This document shows, piece by piece, positions 11,172 through 23,413 of a DNA stretch of 64,000 nucleotides. Source of the DNA: a virus. Its lineage: Duplodnaviria; Caudoviricetes. The DNA is taken from IMG/VR virus record IMGVR_UViG_3300021400_000252. One strand, given 5' to 3'. How positions within the stretch are numbered: the stretch's first letter is position 1; every line of letters starts with the position of its first letter. A program made the translations under genes and the position numbers. The notes beneath the pieces were generated by a model that made no database searches, was not told where the DNA came from, and saw only the letters and a list, made by a program, of their open reading frames with translations.

Positions 11172-11807
11172 ATGATTTTAAATGAAAAGAAACAAAAACT
11201 TCCAGAGATTTTCCTATCTACATATATTTCAGATGCTTGGGATAGAATTGCTACATTAAAAGCTGATATTGATGGAATTAAAGCTGAATATTCTGATACA
11301 AAAGATGTCGAAGAGGTATTGAATGATTTAATTGATACTTATTTAATTCTAGTAGGTACTTTTGAAAATAAATTAAAATCTATTGGTTCAAATGTTGAAA
11401 TTGTTAGAAAAGAACCTGAAGTAAAGAAGGTAAATGAAAGCGTTTTACAAAGAACACAAGTTCAAAGACCACAACCTGTTCAACCTCAAGTTCAACAAAG
11501 ACCTGTAAATAGAAATCCTCAACCACAGGTTCAAAGAGTTCAACCTCAGCCTCAACAAACTAGAGCTCCTCAATTAGATGATGATTTATGGAGTGATGCA
11601 GTATTTGCTCCACAAAATCAACAAAGAATGAATGAGAGTTATAATCAACAAGCTGTAACTGCTGGTGGATTAGATAGTTATTATGATGCTCCAGTTCAAT
11701 CTAATTCAGATACTTATGATGTTCCAGACTTCCCAGATTCAGATTTCGAGATGTCTCAAGAAGAATTAATGGAATTAGAAAAGTTTAAAGCACAATACAG
11801 AAGATAA
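11172..11807 (+). CDS. Hypothetical protein, Q/P-rich centre
   Basis: 211-aa ORF with AGGAG RBS. Confidence 0.7.
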   Translation: MILNEKKQKLPEIFLSTYISDAWDRIATLKADIDGIKAEYSDTKDVEEVLNDLIDTYLILVGTFENKLKSIGSNVEIVRKEPEVKKVNESVLQRTQVQRPQPVQPQVQQRPVNRNPQPQVQRVQPQPQQTRAPQLDDDLWSDAVFAPQNQQRMNESYNQQAVTAGGLDSYYDAPVQSNSDTYDVPDFPDSDFEMSQEELMELEKFKAQYRR

Positions 11808-11831
11808 TAGCTCAGCTATTATCTTTTTTTT
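11801..11831 (+). terminator. Intrinsic terminator
   Basis: AAGATAATAGC-TCA-GCTATTATCTT plus T-run. Confidence 0.75.
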
Positions 11832-11848
11832 ATTTTTATGTTATCTTA

Positions 11849-11859
11849 TTGCTAAATTA
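11849..11859 (+). promoter_or_regulatory. Putative late promoter TTGCTAAATTA
   Basis: Repeated intergenic motif. Confidence 0.7.
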
Positions 11860-11978
11860 TCTGATCGATTAATATTTTATTACGTAAAAATGCGTTTTTT
11901 ATCGTTTATATATGAATATTCAAATAAACATTAAAACGCTTCCTGAGCGTAAATTTTTGATGTCTAGTGGAGAATTAT

Positions 11979-13511
11979 ATGGCACTTATTCAGTTATATT
12001 CTTGGATAAATAATGAAGAAGATATTTTAAATTTAGATTTTACAACTACACATTTTACTTCTGATTTAGATGCTGTCGATTATTTTCAAAAAAGAGACAA
12101 TTTAAATATTCCTATCGGAAGTGCTTATGCATTTACATTAGATTTTAATATTAATCCATTAATTTTCTCTTCTGATTTATTTGATTGGTCAGCTAAAAAT
12201 ATTATTAATAAAATATTAAATAGCTATGGAATTAATTTAAATAATGATGAATTTCAAAATGCTAATTGTGATATATTAAATGCACCTCAATTACAAAACG
12301 TTCAAATTGAACAATTAATTGATATGTATAAGTTAATTGATGCTTTCGATGTAAATGATAGTAAGAGAAATAAAGCTTGGTTCGAATATTTATCAATTTA
12401 TTTAAATAAATTAGGAATTAATGCTATTCAATATTCTGTTGGTACTTCAGATTTTTATATTTTATTAACAAAAAATCTTGAAATTATTGAATGTAAGAAA
12501 ATTGAAATTCATAAAGATGGCGAAAGAGATTTATTTAAACAATTTTTCACCGAAGATACTAGAATGCAATTAGTTTCAACTTCAAGAAATGCTGGTCCAT
12601 ATAAAAATCAAAAATACGGAAAAAATAGATTTGAAAGAAAGAAATTATCAAAAATTGCTAGAACAGTAAAACAATATAATAAAATTGATATGAATCAATT
12701 ATTTAAAAATGATGTTTTAGAAGTAGAAATTCCTGTAATTGGAGAATCAGATGAATATTTAGTTACAGTTAGAATGGATGGAGTTATTGCTGAACTAGCA
12801 AAAATTTTAAAAAATAATAAATTCAAATTAGAATATAAAATTGTTGTTCAAGCATTAACTAAAATTTTTAATAGTGCTGATTTACAAATAAATTGTACAT
12901 GTCCAGATCATAAATACCATTTTTCACATTGGAATATTATAAGAGGTGTTTCTACTTTAGATTCAGCACATGACCCAGGACAAGGTAAAGGAATTGCAAA
13001 TCCAAATGATGATCAAGGTCGTGGTTGTAAACACTCTTTATTAGTTTTAAATAATGGAGATTGAATTTTAAAAGTTGCTTCAGTTATTAATAACTATATT
13101 CATTATATGTCAGAAAAGTCTCAAAAATTATTCTTAAAATTAATATTCCCTAAATTATATGGAATTACTAGTGATGAAATGGTTGAACAAGATTTATTAG
13201 ATAAAGAAACATTACAAGATTGTTTAGATTCAAACGAAAGCTTTATTGATGCTATTAATGAGTATGGTAAAAATAGAGGTAAATTCCAAAAAGGTTCTAA
13301 TATTAACCCTGTTTACGCTGATAAGCTTGAAGCTGAACAAAAAGAAGAAAATACTAAACAACAAGTTGATCCAAACAAAAAGAATTTACAAAAAGCTGTT
13401 AAAGAGACAGAAAGAGCTAATAAACTTGCTCAAAAAGAATCTGAAAAAGCTGATAAAGAAGCTTCAAAACCTATTGAACCTCCTAAAGAAGATGAAGAAC
13501 AACCAGTATAG
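11979..13511 (+). CDS. SWIM zinc-finger protein (510 aa; TGA=Trp at 13062)
   Basis: NCTCPD...GCKH; ORFs 11967 and 13107 in frame across TGA; GGAG RBS before ATG 11979. Confidence 0.72.
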
Positions 13512-13563
13512 TTAATATTGTATTATATATATAATATATAATATATCCAGATTGGAGAATATT

Positions 13564-15678
13564 ATGAATTTTGATCAAGAAAAATTTAATAAACTCTCAA
13601 CTGAAGAACAAAAAGTCGTTTTACAAATTTTAAAAGAATATTCTAAAACTGGAAAATCTGAACTTTTAGATTCATTACAATCTATGGAATGGGACGAATT
13701 TCCAGTAGATATTCATACATTCTTACATGACAAACGATATTTAGGAAATGCATTATATGATGCTGAAGGTAAGTTTACAGTATTCCCATACTGAGAAAAA
13801 TGTTTAGAAGATATATTTCCAACTAATACTTCAACAAAATATAATACTATAGTATTTACAGGAGCTATCGGTTTAGGTAAATCAACTATAGCAGTTATTT
13901 GTTTATTATATTTATTATATAGATTACTTTGTTTAAGAGATCCATATCAATATTATGGAATGCAAAGTATTGATAAATTAAGTATTTCAATGATGAATAT
14001 TACATTAGAAAATGCTAGAGGTGTTGCATTAGATAAAATGAATTCAATGCTTTTAGCTAGTGAATGGTTTATGAGTCATGGTGAAATGCATGGTACAACT
14101 AATATGAGATATGTTACTGATAAACATATTGAAATTATTTGTGCTTCAAGTAATAATCAGATCATAGGTCGTGCTTTGTTTGCTAACTTTACAGATGAAG
14201 TTAACTTCTCTCTTGTTCAAGACCCAGTTAAGTCTAAGAAGAGAATGATGAAAATTATTACTCAAGTAGATGCTCGTATGAAATCACGTTTCATGCGTGG
14301 TACCTACTTACCTACATTAAATATTATCGCATCTTCAAAAGATAGTGAACAATCTTTCCTAGAAGAATTTATTCAAAATAAACAAAAGAATGAAAGTAAA
14401 AATACTTTAATTGTAGATGAACCTCAATGGGTAGTTGACCCAAGAAAAGATTCACCTCAAAAATTCTGGGTAGCTATTGGAGATAAAGTTCTTGCTAACG
14501 AATTATTACCATTAGATGCAACTCCAGAATTAGTTGATGAATATAGAAATAAAAATTATACAATGTGACAAGTTCCAATTGGATACTTAGATACATTCCA
14601 ATTAAACCTTGATGAAGCAATTTGTTCTATAATTGGTATTGCAACAGCAGCATCTTTAAAATATATTTCAGGTGAAAGATTAGTTAAAACAAAAACTACT
14701 GATTATGAAAATCCATTCCTGAATGATATACTTGAAATTGGAGATGGAGAAGATGATTTACATCAATATTCAGAATACTTTGATTTAAGTAGAGTTAGTG
14801 ATAAAGACAAAGAAAAACCATTATTTATTCACTTAGACTTATCTGAGTCTGGAGACATGACTGGTATTGCAGGCGTATGAATAACTGGTAGAGATGAATC
14901 ATTTGATAAATCTAAAATGATTGAAAATGATTTTAGTCAATTATCAAAATTAATTTTACAAGAATCTAGTGTAGAATCTCAGATGTTAATTTATAAATTA
15001 GCTTTCTCTGTTTCAATTAAAAATCCTAGAGGCGCACATATTAGTTCAATAAAGCATAGAATATTTATAAATTGGTTAAAAGATAATGGATTTGATATTA
15101 AAATGATTACATCAGATACTCACCAATCTGCTACTCTTTTACAAGAATTAAAAGCTGATGGATTTGAAACAGAAGTATTATCAGTAGATAGAACAACATC
15201 ACTAGAAAATAAAAAGAAAGTTTGTTTACCTTATCACTATTTTAAAACAGCAATTTATGAACGCCGTTTCATAATGTATGACAAAGCTAAACTATTAACT
15301 GAAGAGTTATTAGGATTGGAACGTGAAGCTGATGGACACATCAACCACCCTGAAAATGGTAAATATGGTTCTAAGGACCAAGCCGATGCAGTCTGTGGTG
15401 CAGTATGAACAGCTAGTAAAAATGGTGAAAAATATTCATTTGATTTTGGTGATTCAATTGAAACAACTGTTCAAATTTCAAAACCAAGTAATACAAGTCA
15501 AAATGAGATTGAAAAACATGATTTTGGAAAAAATCTATTAAATGTAATGTCTAAAGAAAAATATATTGAAGTTGATGAATATGGTAATCCAAAATATTAT
15601 GGAGACCTAGATGATACTGCAATAGATGATGATGCTATAAATTCAATAGCAATTTCTAATGGAATAATTTGTATATAA
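13564..15678 (+). CDS. Terminase large subunit (704 aa; TGA=Trp at 13792, 14566, 14878, 15406)
   Basis: Read-through restores Walker A TGAIGLGKS, Walker B FTDEVN, nuclease HLDLSESGD and KDQADAV; ends TAA just before portal. Confidence 0.92.
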
Positions 15679-15694
15679 TAATTAGGAGAATAAA

Positions 15695-17758
15695 ATGCCA
15701 GAAAATGATAACAAAACTAAAAAAATTAAAAAACAAGCATCTCAATTAGTAGGAACACTAATTCAAGCGACTCCTAATAATAACGATAATACTCGATTAG
15801 ATGTAGATTTAAATAAAACGTTAGAAGACATTTTAATTTTAGGTGGATTAGAGGATAGAGTAAATTTCTCAGAACTTGAAAAGTTTACACAAATTTCAAA
15901 TTCAAGAGACTATATGTATAGTCAATTAGACACAATGTTCCAAGATGCATCAGTTTCGGCTATTGCAAGAATTTTAACTGAAAATGTTTGTGAAGTTGGA
16001 GATAATGGTCATATTGTTTGAGCTGAGTCTGATGATCCAAAAATTAGTAAATTCGTAAATTATGTATTAAATACTATGAATGTAGATAAAAATATTTTTG
16101 GATGGGCATTTAATCTTGTTAAATACGGTGATATCTATTTAAAAAATTTAAGAAATTCAGACTTTACAAATACAATTTTTAATTCACAAAGTATTCAAAA
16201 TATGTATAGTGCTAAATCTCATTTAAACGAAACTATTCAATTAGATTTAAAGAATGCTAATGATGAATTCTGTTGGAGATTAAAATTAGTTCCAGATCCT
16301 GCTACTATGTTTGAATTAAATCAAAATGATATTACTTTTGGATATGTTGAAACTCCAAATGATATTACTCAATTAGCTAATCAAGATGCATATGCAGCTA
16401 ATACTGGTTTAAATTCTAATGCATTAAATGGTGGTGGATCATTTAATTATAAAGTTAAATCAAATGATATTATACTTCATGATGCTGAAGATTATATTCA
16501 TATTTATTTATCAGATGGTCAATCAAGATTCCCAGAGACTATCGATTTAATAATGGAACCTGACATTAAAGATAAGAATGCTAAGAATCGTTCAAATTTA
16601 AAATCAACAACTTATGCTTTTGATGTTATTAGAGGAAAATCATTATTCTATGATGTTTATAAGATTTGGAGAGAAAAAACTCTTATTGAATCCGCATTAT
16701 TACTTGCAAGATTAACTCGTTCATCAGTATTTAGAATTGTTTCTATTGAAACAGCTAATATGGATAGAACTAAAGCTAATCAATTACTACACCAAGTAAA
16801 AGATATGTTTGAACAAAAACGTGCTTTCTTAAGTGGTAAAAATGCTTCAGATTATAATAGCCCAGGTCCAATCGAAAACTGGATTTATAATAATACTAAG
16901 AATGGTAAAGGTGCTATCACAGTTGATACTGTAGGTGGAGATTATGATCCAAAGAATTTAACTGACTTAGATAAATGGAACGATAGATTCTACGGTGCAT
17001 TTGGTATTCCTAAACAATATTTCGGATTAACCGAAGATGGTGCTGGATTTAATGGTGGTACTGCATTAACTATTACTTCAACAATTTTCCAAAAGAAAGT
17101 TTCTCAAGTTCAAAATGCTTTAATTCAAGGAATTAATACTGCAGTAGATTTATATTGTATTAAAAAAGGTTTAAAATCTTACGTACATAGATACACTATT
17201 AAGATGAGACCTCCAGTTTCTCAAGAAGAACTTAATTATAGAGAAAAATTAACAAATCGTTTAAATGCTGTATCAACTGCTAATGCTTTATTCCAAGATG
17301 TTGAAACAAAGAGTAGTAGATTAATTATCTTAAAGAATTTATATAAGATGGTTGATTATGGTGAAGATGAAATTCTTCAAGTACTAGATGAAGAAATTAA
17401 ATTAGCAAAAGCTGCTGAAGCTGAAGCTAAGAAACAAAAAGAAGAGGAAGCTAAACAAGCTGCTTTAGATGCTGCTAATGGTGAAGCTGCTAATGCCGAG
17501 CCAGCAAATGTTCCTGGTGGTACTGGTGAGACAGGTGGAGCTAATGAAGCATCAGCTCCTGAAGGTGAAACAGCTAGTGAAGGTGATGATTTAAATCTAG
17601 ACTTAAATCTTACTGATTTACCAACAGCTGAATCTTTCAATAATACTAACCCAGATGCAGTAACATTAAATGAGGATGTTGACTTTCTAGATGAATCAGA
17701 AGATCTTCCAACTCCAGAAGAATTAGATGATAAAGTAGATTTTACTAAAAATAAATAA
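15695..17758 (+). CDS. Portal protein, T4 gp20-like (687 aa; TGA=Trp at 16019)
   Basis: Follows terminase; LDTMFQDASVSAI, KYGDIYL, RSSVFRIVSIE, FGIPKQYFG. Confidence 0.85.
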
Positions 17759-17781
17759 TTAATATTTGAAAGGAATTAAAT

Positions 17782-18252
17782 ATGTTATCTAAAAATGATT
17801 GCATGAATTTATTATTAGAGCTAGAAGATAAAGGTAAAGAAGTAAATTCATATATTAGAAGATTAATGTTATCTAAAGATGTACCATTAGAAGTATTAAA
17901 ATTTATTGTAGAAAACCAAGGCATGAATGCTGCAAACTTCTATGAGGTTCTTAGACAAAAACATAATAAATCAAAATCTCAATTATATGTAAATCTTGTA
18001 AATGAAGAATTAGATGATTCTGAAATATTAATAGTTTTATCTAGCTTATTGACTCAAATTTTCTTATATAAAAATAAGAATGAAAACGTTTCAGATATTT
18101 TCTTTAATGAAGTTCGTTTAAATGAAATATTACAAGCTTTGGAAAATTTTAGACAAACTGGCAATTTAGATTTATGTAAAAAATTATTAAGATTAGTTCG
18201 ATCAGACTTATTAGTTTTAGAATATATAAGTGGTAGAAGAGAATTATCTTAA
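17782..18252 (+). CDS. Hypothetical protein
   Basis: 156-aa ORF, AAGGA RBS. Confidence 0.7.
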   Translation: MLSKNDCMNLLLELEDKGKEVNSYIRRLMLSKDVPLEVLKFIVENQGMNAANFYEVLRQKHNKSKSQLYVNLVNEELDDSEILIVLSSLLTQIFLYKNKNENVSDIFFNEVRLNEILQALENFRQTGNLDLCKKLLRLVRSDLLVLEYISGRRELS

Positions 18253-18277
18253 AAATATTTAAAATAGTTAAACATTT

Positions 18278-18304
18278 AAAAGGTGAATTAATTCACCTTT
18301 TTTT
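18278..18304 (+). terminator. Intrinsic terminator
   Basis: AAAAGGTGAAT-TA-ATTCACCTTTT plus T-run. Confidence 0.75.
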
Positions 18305-18322
18305 ATTTTTATTTTATAAAAT

Positions 18323-18333
18323 CTGCTAAATTA
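18323..18333 (+). promoter_or_regulatory. Putative late promoter CTGCTAAATTA
   Basis: Repeated intergenic motif. Confidence 0.65.
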
Positions 18334-18393
18334 AATGATTTAGATTTTTAAATCTTTTTCAACTTCTCAAATTAACAATTAAGGAGATATTAA

Positions 18394-18879
18394 ATGAAAT
18401 TAGAGAATGGTTATAAAAAAGTATATACTGTTAATGAAGACGGTGTAAGAACTTTACATGCTACTAAAGATGTTTTAAATCCAGCTGCTGATGAAACTAT
18501 CATTGATAAAGCAAAAGCTCAAACATTAAAAACTGCTAACTTCTATCAAGATGGTGATGCAATTAGATATGTACTAGGTGCAAATAGAGCTATTGATCGT
18601 AAAGTTGATCCAGAGTTAACAGAAGTTAGAAAGTTATTCGTTGCAGTCCATGTTCATGAATATGAAAATCTTGAAGCTCGTTGGAATGAAGAAACACATG
18701 TTTGTACTTTTGATTTAAAGTGTAAGACTTGTGATGATACAAAGAGTATTCCTCAAGCAGGTGTTTTAGTTGAAGGTGAATATGTTGCAACATTAAAATT
18801 AGAGAATGGTCAAACATTTACTTCTAGAATTGCAGTTCCAGCACAAGAAACACCAGTTGCAGAACCTGCAGGTAATTAA
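18394..18879 (+). CDS. Hypothetical virion-module protein
   Basis: 161-aa ORF, AAGGAG RBS, HVHEY...CKTC. Confidence 0.7.
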   Translation: MKLENGYKKVYTVNEDGVRTLHATKDVLNPAADETIIDKAKAQTLKTANFYQDGDAIRYVLGANRAIDRKVDPELTEVRKLFVAVHVHEYENLEARWNEETHVCTFDLKCKTCDDTKSIPQAGVLVEGEYVATLKLENGQTFTSRIAVPAQETPVAEPAGN

Positions 18880-18905
18880 TTTTTAAAATAGTAACTAAGA
18901 ATTAT

Positions 18906-18916
18906 TTGCTAAATTA
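18906..18916 (+). promoter_or_regulatory. Putative late promoter TTGCTAAATTA
   Basis: Repeated motif upstream of protease-capsid operon. Confidence 0.72.
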
Positions 18917-18959
18917 TTTGTAATCAAATTGATTAATGATATGTAATGGAGGTAAGTTC

Positions 18960-20939
18960 ATGAATAACACTACGAATTTATCAACAGATAAAATCCGTGA
19001 AGCATTACATTTTCAAGAATTAACTCCTGAAGAAAAACAATCAAGAGGAATTCTTGGTAGACTTTATGGTCCTTGTGCTTCATTCATCGCACCAACAAGA
19101 AATGATCGTTTCTATGGTGATGAGTTATGGACTAATGTATTTGAAAAAAATGAAATAGTAAAAGAAATGTTTGATAATGGTGGTATTCCAATGGAACTAG
19201 ACCACCCATTAGGAGATAGAGAAGAAACTACTTCAATTAACATTGCAGCTATTCTTCCAGAAAGACCTAAAAAAGATAAAGATGGACATTTAATTACTTA
19301 TGTTGATATCCTAGATACTCCAAGTGGTAAAATTGTTTATACTTTAGCTAAGTATGGTTTTAAATGAGGTATTAGCTCAAGAGGTTCTGGTGAATTAATT
19401 TCTGATTATGACGGACATGAGTCTGTTGATCCAACTTCTTATGATTTTCAAACTTTTGATTTAGTATTACTTCCAGCAGTTAAAGATGCACGTTTAACAT
19501 TCGTTGAATCTTATGATGCAAAACAAAAAACCGCTATGAAGAAAATGAAGAGAGAATTAAAAGAAGCTTTAAGTACAGCTTCAGATGGAGATCGAAAAAT
19601 TATGGAAAATGCTTTAGATAATTTAAAGATAAACTTAGATGATGAAAATCTTAGTCCAGAAAATGTTGTAACTGAAGCTATCTCAGATAAAATGTTTGAT
19701 TTAAATAATGCTCCAAAAACAACACCAGATGGAATTGAAATTGAATATGTAAATATTGATGATTTCGATAGCTGGTTAAATGAAGGCTTAGATGATTTAG
19801 ACGAAGCTAAAAAGGACGAAGATCAACCAGAAGATAAAGATAAAGATAAAGAAGAAGAAAAAGATTCAGATAAAGATAAAAAAGAAGATAAAAAAGATAA
19901 AAAAGAGGACAAGTCAGAAAAGAAGAAAGATGACAAGTCTGATGACGAATCTGAAGAATTTGAACCTAAGAATGAATTTACTGTAAAAGAAATTACAGAT
20001 GCATTCAAAGGTCTTGATAAAGATGCAGTAGTAAAAGTACTACCAGTTGAAATCGATAATAAAGAAATGAATATTAATCTTTATTTTGATAAAACTGATG
20101 AAGACAACCTTGTTATAGGTGGTACCATCGCTCCTGAAGAGAACGATGAAAACATAGATAATCCTGAAACTGAAGAAACTATTGATGTATTCGGAAACGA
20201 AGACGTTGCAGCTAGTGATACTGGAGCAGAGGAATTAGTAGACGATTCATTTATAGAGGACTTCAAGAAAACTGTTCGTGAAAATAAAGCTTTAGAACAA
20301 AAAGTTAAGACTTTAGAAAACGAAAAGACAGTTAGTGATGCTAAGGTTAATGAATTAGATAAGGAACTTAACCAATATAAAGAAGCTTTCAATAGAACAA
20401 GTCAGGTTGCGTCTCAATATAAGAAATCAAAATTAGAAATTCAAAACTTAAACAATCAGTTAGCTGAAAAAGATAACCAAATTAAAGCTTTAAGTGAAAA
20501 ATTATCTAATAACAAATTAACTGAAAGTTTAGATTCTACTAAATTAGAAGTTACTAAGTTAAAACAACAATTAGTTGAACAAGCTACAAACTATAAGCAA
20601 AAATATGCTGAAAGAACTGATGTAGCTAAGAAGTACAAATCAATGTATTTAGGTGTAATGCAAAAATATGTTGAATCAAAAGCTAATATGTTAAACGTTA
20701 GAGCTTCAGAGATCACAAGTAGACTAGACAAAAACTATACTACAGATGATGTAGATCAAGTATGTGATCAAATCTTAAATGAAGGTATGACAATGTCAAA
20801 TATGAGTCATTTACCTTTAACAAATGCAAATACTAAAGTTAAATTCAGTGAAGGCCTACAAAGACAACAAGCTCCTAAAGAGGATGCTGGATATGAGATC
20901 GCTGATTGGGCTCTAGAACTTGCAAATATGGAATATTAA
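18960..20939 (+). CDS. Prohead protease (T4 gp21-like) fused to acidic/coiled-coil scaffold (659 aa; TGA=Trp at 19365)
   Basis: ELDHP, DILDTPSGKI; after the TGA come GISSRGSG and FDLVLLPA; frame continues into ORF 19536; GGAGG RBS. Confidence 0.9.
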
Positions 20940-20975
20940 AATTTAAATTAGAAAATATTATAGGAGAAAAACATT

Positions 20976-22406
20976 ATGGCAAATTTAATGGAAAAATATG
21001 GCCGTCAAATTAAAGTTGCTGAGTCTTTCGTTGCTGAAAACTTCGGTAAGAAGATTTCTGATAGAACAAGACTTAACACTGCTGTGTTAATTGAAAACAC
21101 AAATAAATTCATCTCAATGAGAGAATCTTTCGCTACAACTAGAACAGATCTTGGTGATTACAAGAAATTCTGTTTAAACTTAACTAATATCTCAGTTCCA
21201 AGCTTAATTGCTAATGACTTAGTTATTACTCATGCTTTAACTTCATTCTCTGGTTCTGTTGCTTACTTAGAGTATCAATCAAGAACTAATAAAGGTGGTG
21301 TAAATGCTGGTGATACATTCAATAGTGTATTCGGTCTTGGTGAAATGAATGCTGCTCGTCAAAACTTCACTTCTGCATACATCGTAGATGTATTAGCTGC
21401 TGGTGAAACTAAGGTTACTGTATCAACTGCTCAAAACCAAATCGTTAAGGGTTCATTTGCTGTTCCTCAAGATAGAACTGCTGCTGATGGTTCTGATATG
21501 TACACTGGTGGTGTAGTATACACTAAGAGAAATAATGTTGCATATGCTGATATTAAGTATGTTATTGTTGATCCAGTAACTAAGAAGACTCATTTCGAAT
21601 ATGATACTGTTGATGCTGATGCAACAACTGCTCCAGTAGCTCCAGACAATGCAATTAAAGCATTATATGCTTCAAATGAATTCCAAATGACTAATGTTCC
21701 TGCTAAAGACATTCCAACAATTGGACCTGTTATGAAGAATATTCCTCTAGTAGCTGAACCTAGACGTATCGCTGTTAAGTATGATCAAATCACTGCTTTC
21801 CAAGCTAAGACTGATTATGGTTTCTCATTAGATAAGCAAATTGCTGAACAAGCAGTTGGTGAATTAAACTATGAAATCGATACTGAAATCGTAGATATGT
21901 TATATCAAGCTGCTAAGGCTGAAACTACTGCTGATGAATTAAAGTTAACTACATTCTCTAAGACTTTACCTCTTGGTGTTGATATGTTCAGACACTATAG
22001 TTCATTCTTAAATACTTTATCTAAGGCTAGAACTATTATCTACAAGAGAACTAAGAAGTTCTTACCTAACTACATGGTATGTGCTCCAGACGTTCTTAAC
22101 GTATTAGAGTTCGTTCAAGGTTATAAGGATACTACTCCTAACAAGATCTATGGTCCTTATAAAGCTGGTCAATTAAATGGTCTTGCAGTTTATGTATCTC
22201 CATTATTAAATGATGGTGAATACTTCATTGGTTTAAATGGTTCTGATATGGTTTCATCTGCAGGTGTATATGCTCCTTACATGGCTATCGTTCCTACTAA
22301 CCTATTAGGTACACCAGATGGTGGTTTAGCTCAAGGCTTCTCTACTTACTATGCTAAGGCACTTGTTAACCCAAGTCTATTAGTATTTGGTAAGATTGTT
22401 GACTAA
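20976..22406 (+). CDS. Major capsid protein, T4 gp23-like
   Basis: AEPRRIAVKY, ELNYEIDTEIV, GVYAPY; strong codon bias; position after scaffold. Confidence 0.92.
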   Translation: MANLMEKYGRQIKVAESFVAENFGKKISDRTRLNTAVLIENTNKFISMRESFATTRTDLGDYKKFCLNLTNISVPSLIANDLVITHALTSFSGSVAYLEYQSRTNKGGVNAGDTFNSVFGLGEMNAARQNFTSAYIVDVLAAGETKVTVSTAQNQIVKGSFAVPQDRTAADGSDMYTGGVVYTKRNNVAYADIKYVIVDPVTKKTHFEYDTVDADATTAPVAPDNAIKALYASNEFQMTNVPAKDIPTIGPVMKNIPLVAEPRRIAVKYDQITAFQAKTDYGFSLDKQIAEQAVGELNYEIDTEIVDMLYQAAKAETTADELKLTTFSKTLPLGVDMFRHYSSFLNTLSKARTIIYKRTKKFLPNYMVCAPDVLNVLEFVQGYKDTTPNKIYGPYKAGQLNGLAVYVSPLLNDGEYFIGLNGSDMVSSAGVYAPYMAIVPTNLLGTPDGGLAQGFSTYYAKALVNPSLLVFGKIVD

Positions 22407-22429
22407 TCTAAACTAAAATAAAAAATATA

Positions 22430-22455
22430 AAGAGCCTCGAAAGAGGTTCTTTTTT
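22430..22455 (+). terminator. Intrinsic terminator after capsid gene
   Basis: AAGAGCCTC-GAAA-GAGGTTCTT plus T-run. Confidence 0.88.
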
Positions 22456-22493
22456 ATTGTATAATTATTATATAAAACAGTTTTGGAGGTTTT

Positions 22494-23282
22494 ATGAGTA
22501 TTTTTACAGATAAAGAGTTAAAATCAATCTATGAGCGATTATTACCACAAATAAAGGATGAAATAACTGCCGAAGATTATTTTAGATTGGTAGAAAATTT
22601 AGATCAGTTTTCTTTAGCTGATGCATTAACGTTCGAAAAAATAAATCGAACTGCACCAATATATTCAGATATGGTAGGTAAATATAATGGACCTCAAAGA
22701 ATTGGATTATTTGCTAATACGACTTTAATAGAACAGAGTTGCATTAATAAACCAATAAATCCTTTTAATTTATTTAAATATCCAATACGATTTAAATATG
22801 GAGATAATACACATAATATAATTAATGGTGGAGCTGGAAATTATGCTTCTGATTTATATTATGAAACATCTGGAACTTCTGGAATAAAAATAAAAGTAGA
22901 AGTAAAGAGTTTTGTAGGCGAACTAGAATCAGCCATGAAATTATATGGTTTCAAAGATACAAAAACTGGTTTTCCATATAATGCTACATTTTTAATATTA
23001 TTTAATAGAGACACTTTAAAATATTATTTAATAGGTAATGATAAGCAATATTATAATTATGCAACAAAGACAACTAATTATATAAATACTGATAAAAAGA
23101 TTAAAGTAAAATCTGATGAAGTAGAAAAAGTATTTATCTATGAAGAACTAGATTGGGTTTGTGATCCTAGACTGCATGATGTTCATACAATTAAATGGAA
23201 TTCTGAGTTAGTTAAACTTGCAGAAGAAATATGCGACCATGTAGGAATAAAACCAATGATAAATGAAAGAAAGAATTATTAA
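22494..23282 (+). CDS. Hypothetical protein, possible PD-(D/E)xK nuclease; stand-alone insertion
   Basis: ASDLYY...KVEVKS; own TGTATAAT -10 and flanking terminators; many ATA/CGA codons. Confidence 0.55.
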   Translation: MSIFTDKELKSIYERLLPQIKDEITAEDYFRLVENLDQFSLADALTFEKINRTAPIYSDMVGKYNGPQRIGLFANTTLIEQSCINKPINPFNLFKYPIRFKYGDNTHNIINGGAGNYASDLYYETSGTSGIKIKVEVKSFVGELESAMKLYGFKDTKTGFPYNATFLILFNRDTLKYYLIGNDKQYYNYATKTTNYINTDKKIKVKSDEVEKVFIYEELDWVCDPRLHDVHTIKWNSELVKLAEEICDHVGIKPMINERKNY

Positions 23283-23309
23283 AAGCTAAAATTTATTTTT
23301 AGCTTTTTT
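23281..23309 (+). terminator. Intrinsic terminator
   Basis: AAAAGCTAAAA...TTTTAGCTTTT. Confidence 0.65.
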
Positions 23310-23317
23310 ATTTTTAT

Positions 23318-23393
23318 CTGCTAAATTATACGTATAATGTTAAACATAATAACATTAAAAAAATTTAAAAAAGTTTAATACTATGCTAAATTA
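23318..23393 (+). promoter_or_regulatory. Two tandem putative late promoters (TGCTAAATTA at 23319 and 23384)
   Basis: Repeated intergenic motif. Confidence 0.65.
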
Positions 23394-23413
23394 ATTAGTT
23401 TTGGAGGTTTAAT

